The notes under the pieces: model-generated
Database searches by the model: none
Seen by the model: the letters and a program-made list of their open reading frames with translations, nothing else
What the model was told of the DNA's origin: nothing
Shown: positions 63,670-64,000 of the stretch, one piece after another
How the letters are laid out: every line of letters begins with the position of its first letter
How positions within the stretch are numbered: the stretch's first letter is position 1
Source: Rhynchobatus australiae
Taxonomy: Eukaryota
Assembly: GCA_034780895.1 (NCBI GenBank)
Contig: JAUZTB010000076.1
Location: forward strand, 39,724,514-39,788,513
Length of the DNA stretch: 64,000 bases
Direction of reading: 5' to 3'
Translations under genes and position numbers: made by a program

Positions 63670-64000
63670 GATGGAGCAATGAGAGAATAGGGTAACTGGA
63701 CAGAGAATAGGGCCCCTCAGAGACCAAAATGGACATCTTTGTGTGGAGCTGTAGGAGATGGGAAAGGTCCTCAATGAATATTTCTCCTCTGCTTTTACCA
63801 TGGAGAAGGACATGAAGGCTTCAGAATTTGAGATAGTTAATGGGGGTGTCTTGGCGATAGTCTGCATTACAGCTGTGATGGTACTGGATGTCTTAAGACG
63901 TATGAAGGTAGATAAGTCTTCAGGTCCTGATCAGGTATATCCAAGAATATATCCAAGAAGCTAGAGAAGAAATTGCAGGAGCCCTGGCTGAGATATATGC
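63670..64000 (+). mobile_element. CR1 LINE fragment (EN-RT linker)
   Basis: MGKVLNEYFSSAFTME...MKVDKSSGPDQVYPR. Confidence 0.85.

Overview
AT-rich vertebrate genomic scaffold with many N gaps. The repeat content (CR1/L2 LINEs, V-type SINEs, RTE, Penelope-like, L1/Tx1, Gypsy) points to a cartilaginous fish, possibly a ray (inference). I read exons from three genes, mostly missed by the ORF track. (1) The 3' end of JAK1 on + (kinase exons 2409-2581, 5019-5095 cut by a gap, terminal exon 6389-6490, AATAAA 7142). (2) The last 9 coding exons of RAVER2 on - (63190 down to the stop at 22046), all phase-compatible and convergent with JAK1 as in other vertebrates. (3) Unexpectedly, a single intact 2065-bp internal exon of FAM135B on - (16136-18200), alone in a gap-bounded block between the JAK1 and RAVER2 3' ends. 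That block is most likely a misplaced contig, but could be a real orphan or duplicated exon. This RAVER2 keeps RAVER1-like C-terminal exons, including an extra PTB-binding motif. The introns hold nested retroelements and decayed hammerhead-like Penelope termini. No prokaryotic-type system, CRISPR array, rRNA or tRNA gene is supported. Gene and repeat-family names rest on my recall of the sequences, not on database searches, and repeat boundaries are approximate.
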